Shown here: one piece after another, positions 1 to 12,181 of the stretch
Layout: every line of letters begins with the position of its first letter
Position numbering within the stretch: position 1 is the stretch's first letter
Made by a program: the position numbers and the translations under genes
Notes under the pieces: model-generated
The model's input: only the letters and a program-made list of their open reading frames with translations
Told to the model about the DNA's origin: nothing
The model's database searches: none
Assembly (NCBI GenBank): GCA_964016885.1
Contig: OZ024743.1
Location: 85,622,001 to 85,686,000, forward strand
Reading direction: 5' to 3'
DNA length: 64,000 bases
DNA from: Eledone cirrhosa
Taxonomy: Eukaryota

Positions 1-129
1 ATGGAATATTTTTAAAAGACAATAAATGGGAAAGTGTGTTTGTTGTTTAAGACTTTCTCACACCTAAGTAGAACGTTTGACTGAGATTATATTTGAAATT
101 TGAATTTAGGTCGTTGTTGTGTAGGTTAT

Positions 130-810
130 AATACCACCACCACCACCATTACCACCACCTTCACTTCCACCACCAACAGAAACACAACCACCACCATTAC
201 CAACACCAACATCCACCACCACCAACCACATCACTACCACCGCCCTGCAATAGCAACAGCACCTCAGCCACTACCACCAGCAGCAACAGTAACACCTCCT
301 TCACCACCAACACCATCACCACCAAACACCATTGTTACCACCAGTAGGAGCACCAAAACTATCATCATCACACTACCACCAGCAACACTGCCACTAACAC
401 CATAACCCCCCCCCCCACACACACACACACACATACACAACACCCCCACCACACAGCAACACCATTTGGACAACCACCTCACAGTATCAGCAACACCATC
501 ACCACCACCAACAACAACCAGTATCATCAACACCACAGCACCACCATCATAAGCACCCCCTCCACAACAACACCACCACCACACAGCGACACCACCAACA
601 GCAACAACAGTATCAGTAACACCATCACCACCACCACCACCACCACCATCACCACCACCACCACCACCACCATCATAAGCACCCCTCCACAACACCACCA
701 CCATCAGCAACACCATAATAAGCACCACAACACAGCCACAACACTATCACTACCAGTAACACCACTTGGACAACCACAATGCAATATCTGCAACACAACC
801 ACCACCAGTA

Positions 811-867
<57 letters not shown>

Positions 868-960
868 ACACCAACACCGACACCCCACCACCATCACACA
901 GCAAAACCACCAACCCCACAGATGCCACCACTACTAGCCCCACCAACAACAGCTACTTTG
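130..960. repeat. Low-complexity (ACC/CAC)n-rich tract with (CA)n and (CT)n runs
   Basis: Visible degenerate trinucleotide repeat. The ORFs here are only T/H/P or V/G homopolymer readouts. Confidence 0.9.
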
Positions 961-1369
961 AAACTATCTGATACCAGATGATTGTTCATAATATACTGCT
1001 GACATTTCAGCTAACTCTGTAAATAGAAACCAACTTTAGTTAGATTATTAGTTAAAATCTTTCTCCAGTCTATTTAAGGCTCATCAGACGGGAGCTTATC
1101 TTGCTTTTGTGTGGTGTTAAACAACTGTGAGAACAACTCACCCAACCCTGAACAGGAGATCAGTTCATCACAAAGTCAGAACTACTGCTAGAGATGGTGG
1201 TACTTGCTTTTTCAACTGTGTTGACTGGAGCAATGCAAAATGAAGAGTTTTGCTGAAGGGGACAGTGGCTTGGTTTGGAGATTAAACCATCAATTAATAC
1301 ACCAACCACTAGGCTACTCATTTTCACATTATTTCAATTAGAGAGGTGAGTGTGAAAGCTAAATGCAGT

Positions 1370-1800
1370 ATCTTCAAGGTATTTCTACCCTTATTTCTGG
1401 TTACGAATCTTGGGTAGTGACCAAAGCAAATGCAAACGACCAAAATAGAGTACTCCAAAGGGTCTCTGGAATAATGTTATTTGATAGGGTGCATAACTTG
1501 GAGATTAGGGAATCACTCTAAGTAGAGCCACTACTCTTCACAGAAACATCACAGCTCTGGTACTACTGTTTAGAATGTCTAAGGAAAGAATCGCTGGACA
1601 GATTTTATGGGCAATGCCAGCTGGCAGCAGACCCAGAGGTAGACCATGAGCAAGATGATTGAATAACATTCATAACCTCGGTTGGTCTTTATGAGGATCC
1701 TGGATCGTTTGAAAGCAGTTTTTCTGAGAATCCCCCGGAAGGTGTACCTGAAGACCCTCTCCCTACTCAGACCCTCTCAGGAATAAGTTGGTGAAGAAGA
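1370..1800 (+). mobile_element. RTE-clade LINE 3' fragment (family C); related pieces at 3740-4040 and 30380-30625
   Basis: Nucleotide similarity to the reverse complement of 43130-43460 (ctggacagatttta..ggca..ccaac..gcag.agacccag.ggtagacc). Confidence 0.65.
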
Positions 1801-2299
1801 AAACTTGTTTTAACAACTCTAGAAAGCTGACAACCTCAGTCAATCTTGATATGATTTGCTGGATTCTTTTCTGATCATTTCAAGTTGAATATGTAGCTTT
1901 CAACATTTCAAGCTTGTATAGTAGATCTACTTCATCTTTCACTCATCTGAGGCACATACCAGTAATATGTTAGGTGTGTTTCATTTAAATATACTTTTCT
2001 CCATAAGCTTTCTTATAGTTGTGAACAGATGATGATGTCTAGTTTAGACACAAGGACAACAATTTATAGAGAGGGAAAAGTCAATTACATTGACCCCAGT
2101 ATGCAACCGGTACTTTATTTTATTGCCTCTAAAAGGATAAAAGGCAAAATTGAGCTCGGTGTGATTTGAAATTAGAATATAAAGGGTCATAACTAAATGC
2201 CGCAAAGCTTTAATGATTCTGCCTATTCACTACCTTTGTGAATATACAACAATCTCTATAAATATGAGATCTTGTGTCTCTAGTAGAGAGAATCAGTTC

Positions 2300-3240
2300 T
2301 TTACCCCAGCTCCAGTCTTTAACAGCTTAGAGGGTGGCGATTCACCCATCAGTCTTTAGTAATTTAAGGCATAATTATTTACCCCAGTCCGTCTTTTAGA
2401 AGATAACTATTTACCTGGCATTTCAGAAAGTAGGTATTTACCCAGTTTCAGCTTTAATTTAGGGCCTCGGTAACACTACAAAGGATGATATAATGAAAGA
2501 TATATTCCTTCAATGCTACAATATTAAAGTAAAAGTAAAAGAAGGGGTGAACAACGGAGCCAACACCAGAGCAAAAGACAGCAACGTCGCGAGTACTGGG
2601 CAACTTCTCTAATGATTTTTGAGGCAAGCCAGCACACTCACTGCGTTGCCTCGGGTGATGGCGAGGCTGATGCGCTGAAACAGCCAAGCACCCTTTCAGA
2701 ACATCAGCCTCGCCATCACCCGAGGCAACGCTGCGATTGTGTTGGCTTGCCTCAAAAATCATTAGAGAGTTTTCCCAGTACCCCTCGTTGCTGTATTTTG
2801 CTCTGGTGTTGGCTCCGTTGTTCACCCCTTCTTTTACATTTTCTTTAATATTGTAGCATTGAAGGAATATATCTTTTATTATATCATCCTTTGTAGTGTT
2901 ACCGAGGCATTTGTAATGTTATTTATGTATATATTTAAAACATATATGTTATGTTATTCTACTGTAAATTTATTTATATGCTCTGTTTATATTTTCATTC
3001 TGAAGGAACTTATCCACTTGTGTTGATATGTGATTTTATGACTTTCCTGTAAGCATTGTGTCATTATATATGTTATTATAAACATGATATTGTAAAAAAT
3101 TTAGGGCCTAGCTATTTACCTCCAGTCTTTAGCAATTTACGGGGTGACTATTTACCCAGTTCTGGACCAGAATCTGGTGTAAGCAATTTAGAGTGTAGCT
3201 ATTTGCTCCAGCTCCAGTCTTTATCAATTTAAGGTCTGAA
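2300..3240. repeat. Degenerate ~35-bp minisatellite (ctatttacccagt..cagtctttagcaatttaggg) interrupted by the 2468-3097 insertion
   Basis: Related units at 2300-2467 and 3098-3240. Confidence 0.6.
2468..3097 (+). mobile_element. Palindromic, 5'-truncated CRE-clade LINE insertion with 12-bp TSD
   Basis: Both arms match the 3' end of the CRE element at 24790-25195. AATTTAGGGCCT occurs at 2456-2467 and 3098-3109, and there is a short A tail. Confidence 0.8.
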
Positions 3241-3424
3241 AAAATAATTTTTCAAAAATAGAAACATATCTGATTTATTTTGTTTTTTTGTGCATTCTTT
3301 AAAACTACGAGTCAGCACAAAGAAATTTCAACACAGCTACAGCTTTCCAATCCCTATCATCTCATACCTTAACCCCTAACCTTAAATCCTGATCTTTAAT
3401 CCCTAAACCCTAACTGAATCTCTA

Positions 3425-3735
3425 ACCAACAATCATCCTTTTACATCCATGCATCCATGCTTGGGCAGGTCTTTTTCAGTATAGCTTCTCTTCACCTATG
3501 GCATTTATTTGTCAACTTTTATGTCAGGTTCAGTGCTTTCTCTATTGTAGCTTCCTTCCACTGAGAACTCCTGGCACTTTTTCACCCAACAATCATCATC
3601 TATACACATCACATGTCCATACCAGCACATTCTTCTCTCTGGCACACTACGTTTGATTCTTTTTAAACCCAATGTGCCAATCTCTGCCAATCCATGCTTT
3701 GCTGTTCATACATATTAACACCACACATCACAAAG
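3425..3735 (-). mobile_element. RTE LINE 3' fragment (family A-like)
   Basis: Translation ERRMCWYGHVMCIDDDCWVKKC matches the RTE C-terminus seen at 5862-6353. Confidence 0.75.
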
Positions 3736-4359
3736 GGTCTTTGAAGTAACGTTACTCAGAAGGATGCATACCTCAGATCAGGGAGTTGCTCTTGGTAGAG
3801 CTGCTACTTAAAGAGATCATAGCTCCAGTACTACAGACATTTGGTTAAAATGTCTAAGAAAAGAATTGCTGGACAGATTTTGAGAGGCGAAGCCAACTGG
3901 TAGATAACCCAGATGTAGACAACGAGCAAGATGGTTGAATAACATGCGGTTGGATCATTTGGAGACAGTTGCTTCTGAGAGGACCTCCTGGATGACATGA
4001 CTGAGGAATTTGCCCCTATGACCTCTCAGGAATAAGTAAGTGGGAGTAAAAAAAAAAGACATCACTGAAAGCAACTTCGCATGTCATTGTTTTCATCATC
4101 ATGATTGTTGTTTAATGTCCGCTTTCTCTTGCTAGCAAGGGTTGGACAGGTCTACATAGACCAAATCAGTACTGAAGCGGAGCCACTGAACTTCTAGGCA
4201 GGCCAGGAATATGTCTAGCTTTATGCAAGAGTTTGGAAAATATATCAAGGAATCAAGTCACAGACCTGATAGAGAAGTTGAAAGATGTTGTAGACAAACT
4301 TGTCCAAATGTTGAAAGACAAATTGGAAGAGTTGACAGTGATTAAAGATAAGTTCCTCT

Positions 4360-4828
4360 ACAATCACTGGACGCCATGGTTACCAGCACGAATGCCAGGC
4401 GGGAGCAATTCCACAGTTGCTATGACAACAAGTTCGCGGCCTGGTGTCGGATGCCTGACGCTCCACCGACCCAGCCCGGATGACACTCGGCCAGCTCAGC
4501 ACCAAGATGGACGCCTTCCATTCGATGTTACAGCCGTTTGACAGTGTCCAGACCACCACAGACTGGAGGAGAGGGACATGGGCTGTACAGATGACTGCCA
4601 CACTACTCTCAAAACAGCCAGTGATAGGTTCTTCCTGACACTCAAAGAATTCCTCAACCATGACAGACTTCCTACTACGGACCAGCTGGTTAATGGTATA
4701 GGGCCAGCCTGCTACCCCACCTTATTTTTTCTATATAGTTTGCTTTCCTGACATGTACTATACATGTACCTTTGATGAGTTGTAGTGTACCTGAGCACTG
4801 TACACAATTTTCATTATTATTATTACTA
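4360..4828 (+). mobile_element. Unclassified GC-richer interspersed repeat ending in an (ATT)n tail, probably a LINE 3' end
   Basis: The last ~100 bp recur in reverse orientation at 29588-29690. The element ends in attattattatta. Confidence 0.45.
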
Positions 4829-5440
4829 TATATGTGCAGTTGACGCTCCATCGAGCGCACAGGAGAGGCTGTCGGGTCTTTGACCCTTTTGTTTAGCAAG
4901 ATTTCTATGGTTGGATGCCTTTTCTATCGTTTTATGATTCGTAAATTTATATATAATAAATTTGTTTCAAACACACGTACATATACAGTACAAAAAGAAG
5001 GGATATGAAAAGGTGGGGAAAAGGGTCGGAAGGGCTGCATATTAAATCACACGCTACACCAAGGGGTCCTGTGGCCTTCCTCTAACAATTAATTACAAAG
5101 ATGCACTGAGGTTGATTAAATCTACATAGAACCTTCCTTTTCTAGTCATCACCATCAATATATTTATACACTAAAATATTTGGCACACATCACATATACT
5201 CCTCCAACATTCATTCCCTGCTAGACACACACGCACAGAGACACAGCTTATGTGTACACACCAGTCATACACAATCTCAGATATCAGTTACACAGCCATG
5301 ATTCTCTATCACCATCACTACAGCAGGCGGTTTACAACTTGTTACATAGCTCACATCACTGTGTCATAAATGAAGGTCATTTTAACTGCTATCTTCTTTC
5401 TTCTGAAATCTAGTAGCTAGCCTTATATATGTGTATGATG

Positions 5441-5474
<34 letters not shown>

Positions 5475-5509
5475 TATATAAGGCTAGCTACTAGATTTAT
5501 ATATATATA

Positions 5510-6795
5510 TCATCATCATCATCATCATCTTCGTTTAACGTCCATTTTCCACGCTAGTATGGGTTAGACGGGAGTTGTCCCACTTGAGGCAAGGCTGGTC
5601 GGGTGACCGTATCCCGCTCATATAGGACTCTCTGGCAGGTTTTCTACGGCTGGATGCCCTTCCTAACACCAACCACATTTACAGTGTGGAACTGGGAACT
5701 TTTTACTGTGTTACCTACACGGCCACATTACAGCGTGGACTGTGTGTGTTTTTTTGTCGTGACACCTACACGAACTCGATCTCATTTTCTCGTGCTGTTG
5801 GTGGGAGTGGGAGGATAGGGTAGGGGTAGTAGATTGGGGTGTATATTTGGTTAAGAGGTGCCTACTGACTGTAGGTTTCGCTTTGTAGATAGGCAAGGCG
5901 GGTCTTCTGTATTACTGCGTAGCGCCAAAGATCTCGGTCCAGAGACATTGTCTTAGAGAGATGTAAGTGTGTGAGATCGGAATATATCAGATCATCCCAG
6001 GTTTTTCTGGGTCTACCTACTCCGTAACTACCATCAATTTTGATCGCCCTGCACTTTTTTATGCAGCTGTCGTCTTTCATGTGCATCACGTGACCATACC
6101 AACATAGTCTTCTCTCAAGTAAACAGCATCTGATCCCTCTTATTCCTAATTTCTCACTTAGTTCATTTATGCTTTGCCGTTCACGTATATTACTATTACA
6201 CATCCAACGGAGCATGCATGCTTCATTCCTTTCCAGTCTACGCAGGTCCTCTGCACGTAATGCCCATGTCTCACTGCCATGTAACATTGGTGTTCGTATA
6301 CAGGCATCATACAATCTGCCTTTCATTTTTAGAGAGAAACCTTTTGTGGCCAACAGCGGTATAAGCTCTCTGAACTTTTTCCATCCCGTTCTGACTCTGG
6401 CTACTGTACTTTCAGAACACCCTCCACCACTGCTGATTTCATCACCCAGGTAACGGAAAGTGTCTACTATTTCTATAGAACCATCTGGGCAATGGAAGGA
6501 GCTAGTATCCTTTGGACACTTGCTACTTATTGCACCTGAGCATTGGCCACATATTAAGTCTATGTTCTTAGATAGTTTACCTGTGATCCCACTACATCTT
6601 TTATGTACCCATACATTTGGGACATAAAATGGAATTTCTGCCTACTTCTTTCCTACACACTGAGCATGGCCATTTCCCTGAGGGCACCTGTGCCCTATTT
6701 TCCTTTCTACAAACTAGAACTTTAGTCTTAGACAAGTTAACTTTAAGGCCGTTTGATTCTAGGCCATGCTTCCATGTTTCGAATTTCTTCTCTAG
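5510..6795 (-). mobile_element. RTE-clade LINE (family A), 3' half, degenerate
   Basis: KGRLYDACIRTPMLHGSETW..WYGHVMHM..GRPRKTW and a PHD-like Cys motif (WPCSVCRKEVGRNSILCP). The 3' UTR ends in (GAT)n. Closely similar to 39252-40820. Confidence 0.92.
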
Positions 6796-6802
6796 TTATA
6801 TA

Positions 6803-6865
<63 letters not shown>

Positions 6866-6876
6866 TGTAAAAGATA

Positions 6877-6946
6877 ATTATTTCATTTACCAGTGGTTTC
6901 TGGAAGACAGATATTTATGTCTGTCTTCATTCATCAGAAAAATAAT
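6877..6946 (-). ncRNA. Minimal type I hammerhead ribozyme motif (Penelope-type)
   Basis: Minus strand reads attattttt-CTGATGA-at gaagacaga cataaata tctgtcttc ca-GAAA-ccactgg-TA-aatgaaataat. The core is intact, stem II has 9 bp with mismatched base pairs at its foot, and stem III is the quasi-palindrome ACCACTGGT. Confidence 0.72.
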
Positions 6947-8345
6947 ATGAAATATTTATTTAATATGGATTTGAAAACAGAATTTAGGATAAATGAAAGT
7001 GAGGCTGAAATAAAATTAAGGGGAAAAAATTATATAAATAAATATCCAAAACATAAACATACTCAAACTCATATACGTAATAGTACGTAAACGTATACAT
7101 TCACACATAAGCTCTGTAGCCTACATAGAGCACTCTCTTTTCCTTTACCTTTGCTTCGGAAATACTTCATTTATATATATATATATATAAGTTTTAATAT
7201 ATTGAGTACCTTACTTACTGTGGTTACCTCCGATTCAACCCGGAATAACGTATATATATATATATGTATATATATAATGTGTATATGTACACACAGATTA
7301 GCCCGTTTAGGTTTACAAACACGAGAAAAATGCTCAATACCATAGGAGAGATTATCATATATTTATTATATTAGTAAATAATATATTTATTAAATAATAA
7401 AGAAACCACTATATATCTATTATATCACTGAGATTGCACTCTGCTGTTATTCGTGGTGAGCGCTAATCTGTGAAACTCAGAGTAGCAGCATCAGACAGTA
7501 ATATATATATATATATATATATAAAATTGTTATCTATGTAAACAGGTTGAAATGTTAATATTGATAAAAATCCAATTTCTTTCTCGGTCTCTCTTTGACC
7601 CATTACATCATATTTTATAGCCCGTTGAACTGTTAAAAAAAAAAAAACACCATAACAAGTGTTATAGATGTGATCAATGTGTTTTTAAAGACTGAAAACA
7701 TTATCGACTATTTGAATTAACCAGACGGTAGAAAGACAGTTAATAAGCATACCGCTATCAACTGATTCTTTTAAATGTTTACATCATCTGTTCTAGATCA
7801 GCCATGACATTTCATGAGAAAAAATAGTCCGTTGTTAATATCTATTAAATCTTCATTAAAGATTATTAACCAAAACATTATTTTTACATTTTTATTTAGC
7901 ATCTTATAAACAAAAGGTTGTTTTGAGGGTTTCTCACGTTATTGTTATTTATTTGGCTAGTTTTCTATGTTACTTCGGATGATAACGGTAGACGGTTGTC
8001 CGTCTCATTACTTCACTGAAAGTAGTTCGTAACAAATGTCTGCTTCAGTTTATTTTCAATATTAAATCAATGATACCAACAATTTATCTTACCTTTCTTA
8101 TATATAAATTATCTTTAAAGAAAAAGCATCATATTTTGAAAAATCAATGCAGATATTAACCGTGTCTATTGAAGTATATAAAGCTGCATTTAATTAGTAT
8201 CTCTCCGCTGTTTCCTTCACCCACTCCGATACACGTACATATATCATCTTTATTTACACACATACACATACCCACACACTTATACATACACATACATACA
8301 CACGCATACATATATAATGTTTATATATATACACACACATACGTG

Positions 8346-8376
<31 letters not shown>

Positions 8377-8487
8377 AATTCAATTGAAAAACCATATATA
8401 TAAATATACATACATTTATGTTTGTATGCGTGTATATATGTTTGTACATGTATGCGTGCATGTCTGTGTTTATGAATACCTTTGTGT

Positions 8488-8532
<45 letters not shown>

Positions 8533-9349
8533 AATATCGGTTCACCTTGTTTTTCGTCACTTTCTCTCACGACTGCCAACGGGGAAGGAACCGTCGAGAG
8601 GAAAGTCAATCCCTAATCAACAGTTATGCAGCAACAATTACAGTAACAAGGGCAAACATTGTAATATTAAGGACTGAGGTTTATATATATATATATAAAA
8701 CCCCAGTTTCTTTTTATGTGTGTTTTGCCCCACACCTTGGTTGCAAAAGGCCAACTGGATGAGGTTTTCGAGGTGAGTGGCCCTAAATATTCATATCTTA
8801 AAAAAAAAATATGCAGCGCAATGCATCATCGGTGGCTTTATATAACGACTGGGGGATATTGGGAGGGAATACAAGGCAATCATGCCTTTCTCAGTGACAT
8901 TATTACCACGGGGTGCCAGCTGTTGAAACACCTGGAAAGTATGTAAAAGTTTAGTAATGTCTATCTATCAATAAAGTTGTTTGCCTCTATATAGCTGTAT
9001 TTATTTATTGATTGATTCTGTTAAAACTTTTAGGATAAAGCTTCACTTTCGCCAACTTAGACTTTCATTTCAGTTTTACAAACTCATGCATGTTATTCAA
9101 GTTAAATTAGATAATGTTTATGTTTTGCAATAGAAAGAAATCTGTTTTAAAAAGTTAGTCTGAGTAAAAAACAATGAGAAAAGACTAATATTTATTGATT
9201 TGTTTCATTAAATTATTTTATTTTGTATGTTTAATCGATTCCATGAAAAGTTTTAACATTAACATCCAGAACTTTCTTTTCTCTTCAACGACTTTTCGAC
9301 CATCGTCTTACACCCAATTATAGGGTAGGCTGCTGTTTGCATCATCACT

Positions 9350-9449
9350 ATATATGTTATATTACATTATATTACACGTATGTATATGCATTGTGTATAT
9401 ATATAAATATATTATTATTATATTATATTATACATATGTATATGCATAG

Positions 9450-9480
<31 letters not shown>

Positions 9481-9592
9481 CCAAAAGTGAAACAATTAAT
9501 ATTATATTTGAATTTATATATATATATAACACATATGTATGTATATGCATAGTATATATACATATATATATATAAAGCACATGTATGTATAT

Positions 9593-9638
<46 letters not shown>

Positions 9639-9699
9639 TATATACACACATATATATATATATATACATATATATACACACATATATATATATATATAT

Positions 9700-9748
<49 letters not shown>

Positions 9749-9847
9749 TATACACATATATATACACACACATATATATATACACACACACATATATATA
9801 TATATACACATATATATACACATATATATACACACACATATATATAT

Positions 9848-9891
<44 letters not shown>

Positions 9892-10122
9892 CACATGCAT
9901 TTCTGTAAGAATCGCGAGCAATTTATAATGTTATCTAAGCATTTGTAATGTTATTTATGTATATATTTAAAACATATTTATGTTATTCTACAGTAAATTT
10001 ATTTTATGCTCTCTTTATATTTTTTATTCTGAAAGGATTGCAAACGATTTGTAATGTTATTTATACAACTGTGAATAAAATATATATACTATATTATATT
10101 ACACATATGTATGGATATGCAT

Positions 10123-10153
<31 letters not shown>

Positions 10154-10375
10154 TATACATGTATGTATATGCATTTTATATATATATATATTACTTTACA
10201 CATATGTATGTATGTATATATATATATAATATTATATTATACATGTATGTATATGCATTGTATATATATATTACTTTACACATATGTATGTATATATATA
10301 TAATATTACACATGTACGTATATGCATTGTATATATATATAACCTGTGTATATATATAACTTGTGTGTGTGTATG

Positions 10376-10407
<32 letters not shown>

Positions 10408-10450
10408 AATATATATGTGTGTATGTGTGTATATATGTGTGTGTATGTAT
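9350..10450. repeat. Compound (TA)n/(CA)n microsatellite field containing a CRE 3'-UTR fragment at ~9938-10040
   Basis: Direct inspection. The fragment matches 2908-3010. Confidence 0.9.
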
Positions 10451-10530
10451 ATGAGGAAATATTGTTTGCCTAATAATCGCAAGAAGTATGTTTGGTCAAT
10501 ACTGGGAAATCGACCATCAGAAAGCTTGTA

Positions 10531-11236
10531 ACACCCCAACCAGTAGTCTTAAAAAACCCTTGATTCGTAGATCACAACCAGTGGTCTTAGTAAATCCTTT
10601 GATTACACCAGGTCACAACCAGTGGTCCTAATAAATCCTTGGATTACAGCAGATCACAACCAGAGGTCTTAGTAAATCCTTGGATTACAGCAGATCACAA
10701 CCAGTGGTCCTAGTAAATCCTTGGATTACACCAGGTCACAACCAGAGGTCTTAGTAAATCCTTGGATTACAGCAGATCACAACCAGTGGTCTTAGTAAAT
10801 CCTTGGATTACAGCAGATCACAACCAGTGGTCCTAGTAAATCCTTGGATTACACCAGGTCACAACCAGAGGTCTTAGTAAATCCTTGGATTACAGCAGAT
10901 CACAACCAGTGGTCTTAGTAAATCCTTGGATTACACCAGGTCACAACCAGTGGTCCTAGTAAATCCTTGGATTACAGCAGATCACAACCAGAGGTCTTAG
11001 TAAATCCTTGGATTACAGCAGGTCATAACCTGTGGTCTTAGTAAATCCTTGGATTACACCAGGTCACAACCAGTGGTCTTAGTAAATCCTTGGATTACAG
11101 CAGATCATAACCTGTGGTCTTAGTAAATCCTTGGATTACAGCAGATCATAACCTGTGGTCTTAGTAAATCCTTGGATTACACCAGGTCACAACCAGTGGT
11201 TTTAGTAAATCCTTGAATTACAACAGGTCATAACTT
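10531..11236. repeat. 41-bp minisatellite, ~17 copies, with degenerate units extending to ~11900
   Basis: Unit GATTACAGCAGATCACAACCAGTGGTCTTAGTAAATCCTTG. GATTAC falls at 10601, 10642 and 10683 (period 41). There are no unique spacers. Confidence 0.95.
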
Positions 11237-12134
11237 GTTTTCCTATTAATACTTCATTACCATATTTCTAATGAAATACTTTACATTTTAATTTGTTAAT
11301 AAAGATTGTGAAAAAGATTTTCTAAAATTATAATTTTATCAAGATATTTGTAACAAGATGTTCTTTTATAAAATTATGTTTAAAAGGTTTTAAGTAAGAT
11401 CCTTTTTAAATGTGTGGTATTGTTTCATAGAAACGGGTAAGTTTTTATCCAAAGGGTTAAATCAATGATTTACAGCAGGTCACAACTATTAGTCCCAGCA
11501 AACCCATGAATTACAACAAGTCATAATTACTAGTTCTAGTAATCCCATGAATTATGACAGGTCATAACTAGTGGTCTTAGTAAATCTACATATTCTACAT
11601 ACATACATATACATATACAAGGATAATTTACATCTTGAAGAAGATGCCTCACATTCATTCACCTTTGAATATAGCCTTGACCAGGATGAGTTGATGTCCA
11701 ACATCATTGTGTTTCAACCTGGAACCATAACACCCACCCTCCTGTTGACAATGGTGGCCAAATCACTGGCCATCTTCTATTAAACCCATGAATTACATTA
11801 TGTCACAGTTAGTGGTCTGAGTAAATATAGGAATTTAATGCATGTCACAACCAGTGATCTTAGTAAATCTATGAACTACAGTAGGTCACAGTTAGTACTT
11901 CCACTTCACAAACTGAAAGTTTAAAGGTTGGGGAAAACACCAACCAAATTGAAACAGGAATTATTGAGAGAAACCCTTCCCAGCAAAAGTGAGAACATTC
12001 GAGATATGAATCATTAGATTATTGTGTATATTATATCAACATTTAACATCCAGTGTGTGTGTATTTGTACATATATGTATCTGTTTATATATGTATAAAG
12101 TCACACTTGTTATGTGTTTATGAAATCTTAAATT

Positions 12135-12181
<47 letters not shown>

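Noticed and set aside
100-981. Thr/Pro/His- or Val/Gly-rich mucin-like ORFs
   Set aside because: Low-complexity (ACC)n DNA that is open on both strands.
3367-3428. Telomere-like (CCCTAA)n
   Set aside because: Only a few highly degenerate units, with no evidence of a telomere or fusion.
7440-7492. Hammerhead-like GAAA-CTCAGAG-TA-GCAGCA (similar half motifs at 12689-12730, 20190-20205 and 23040-23058)
   Set aside because: The CUGANGA box is missing or degenerate, so these cannot be called.
9423-10539. Many YI/CV/HT-rich ORFs (also at 8.2, 18.1, 22.7 and 52.5 kb)
   Set aside because: Translations of (TA)n and (CA)n microsatellites.
10531-11236. CRISPR-like regular array
   Set aside because: Head-to-tail 41-bp units with no unique spacers, no cas genes and a eukaryotic context.
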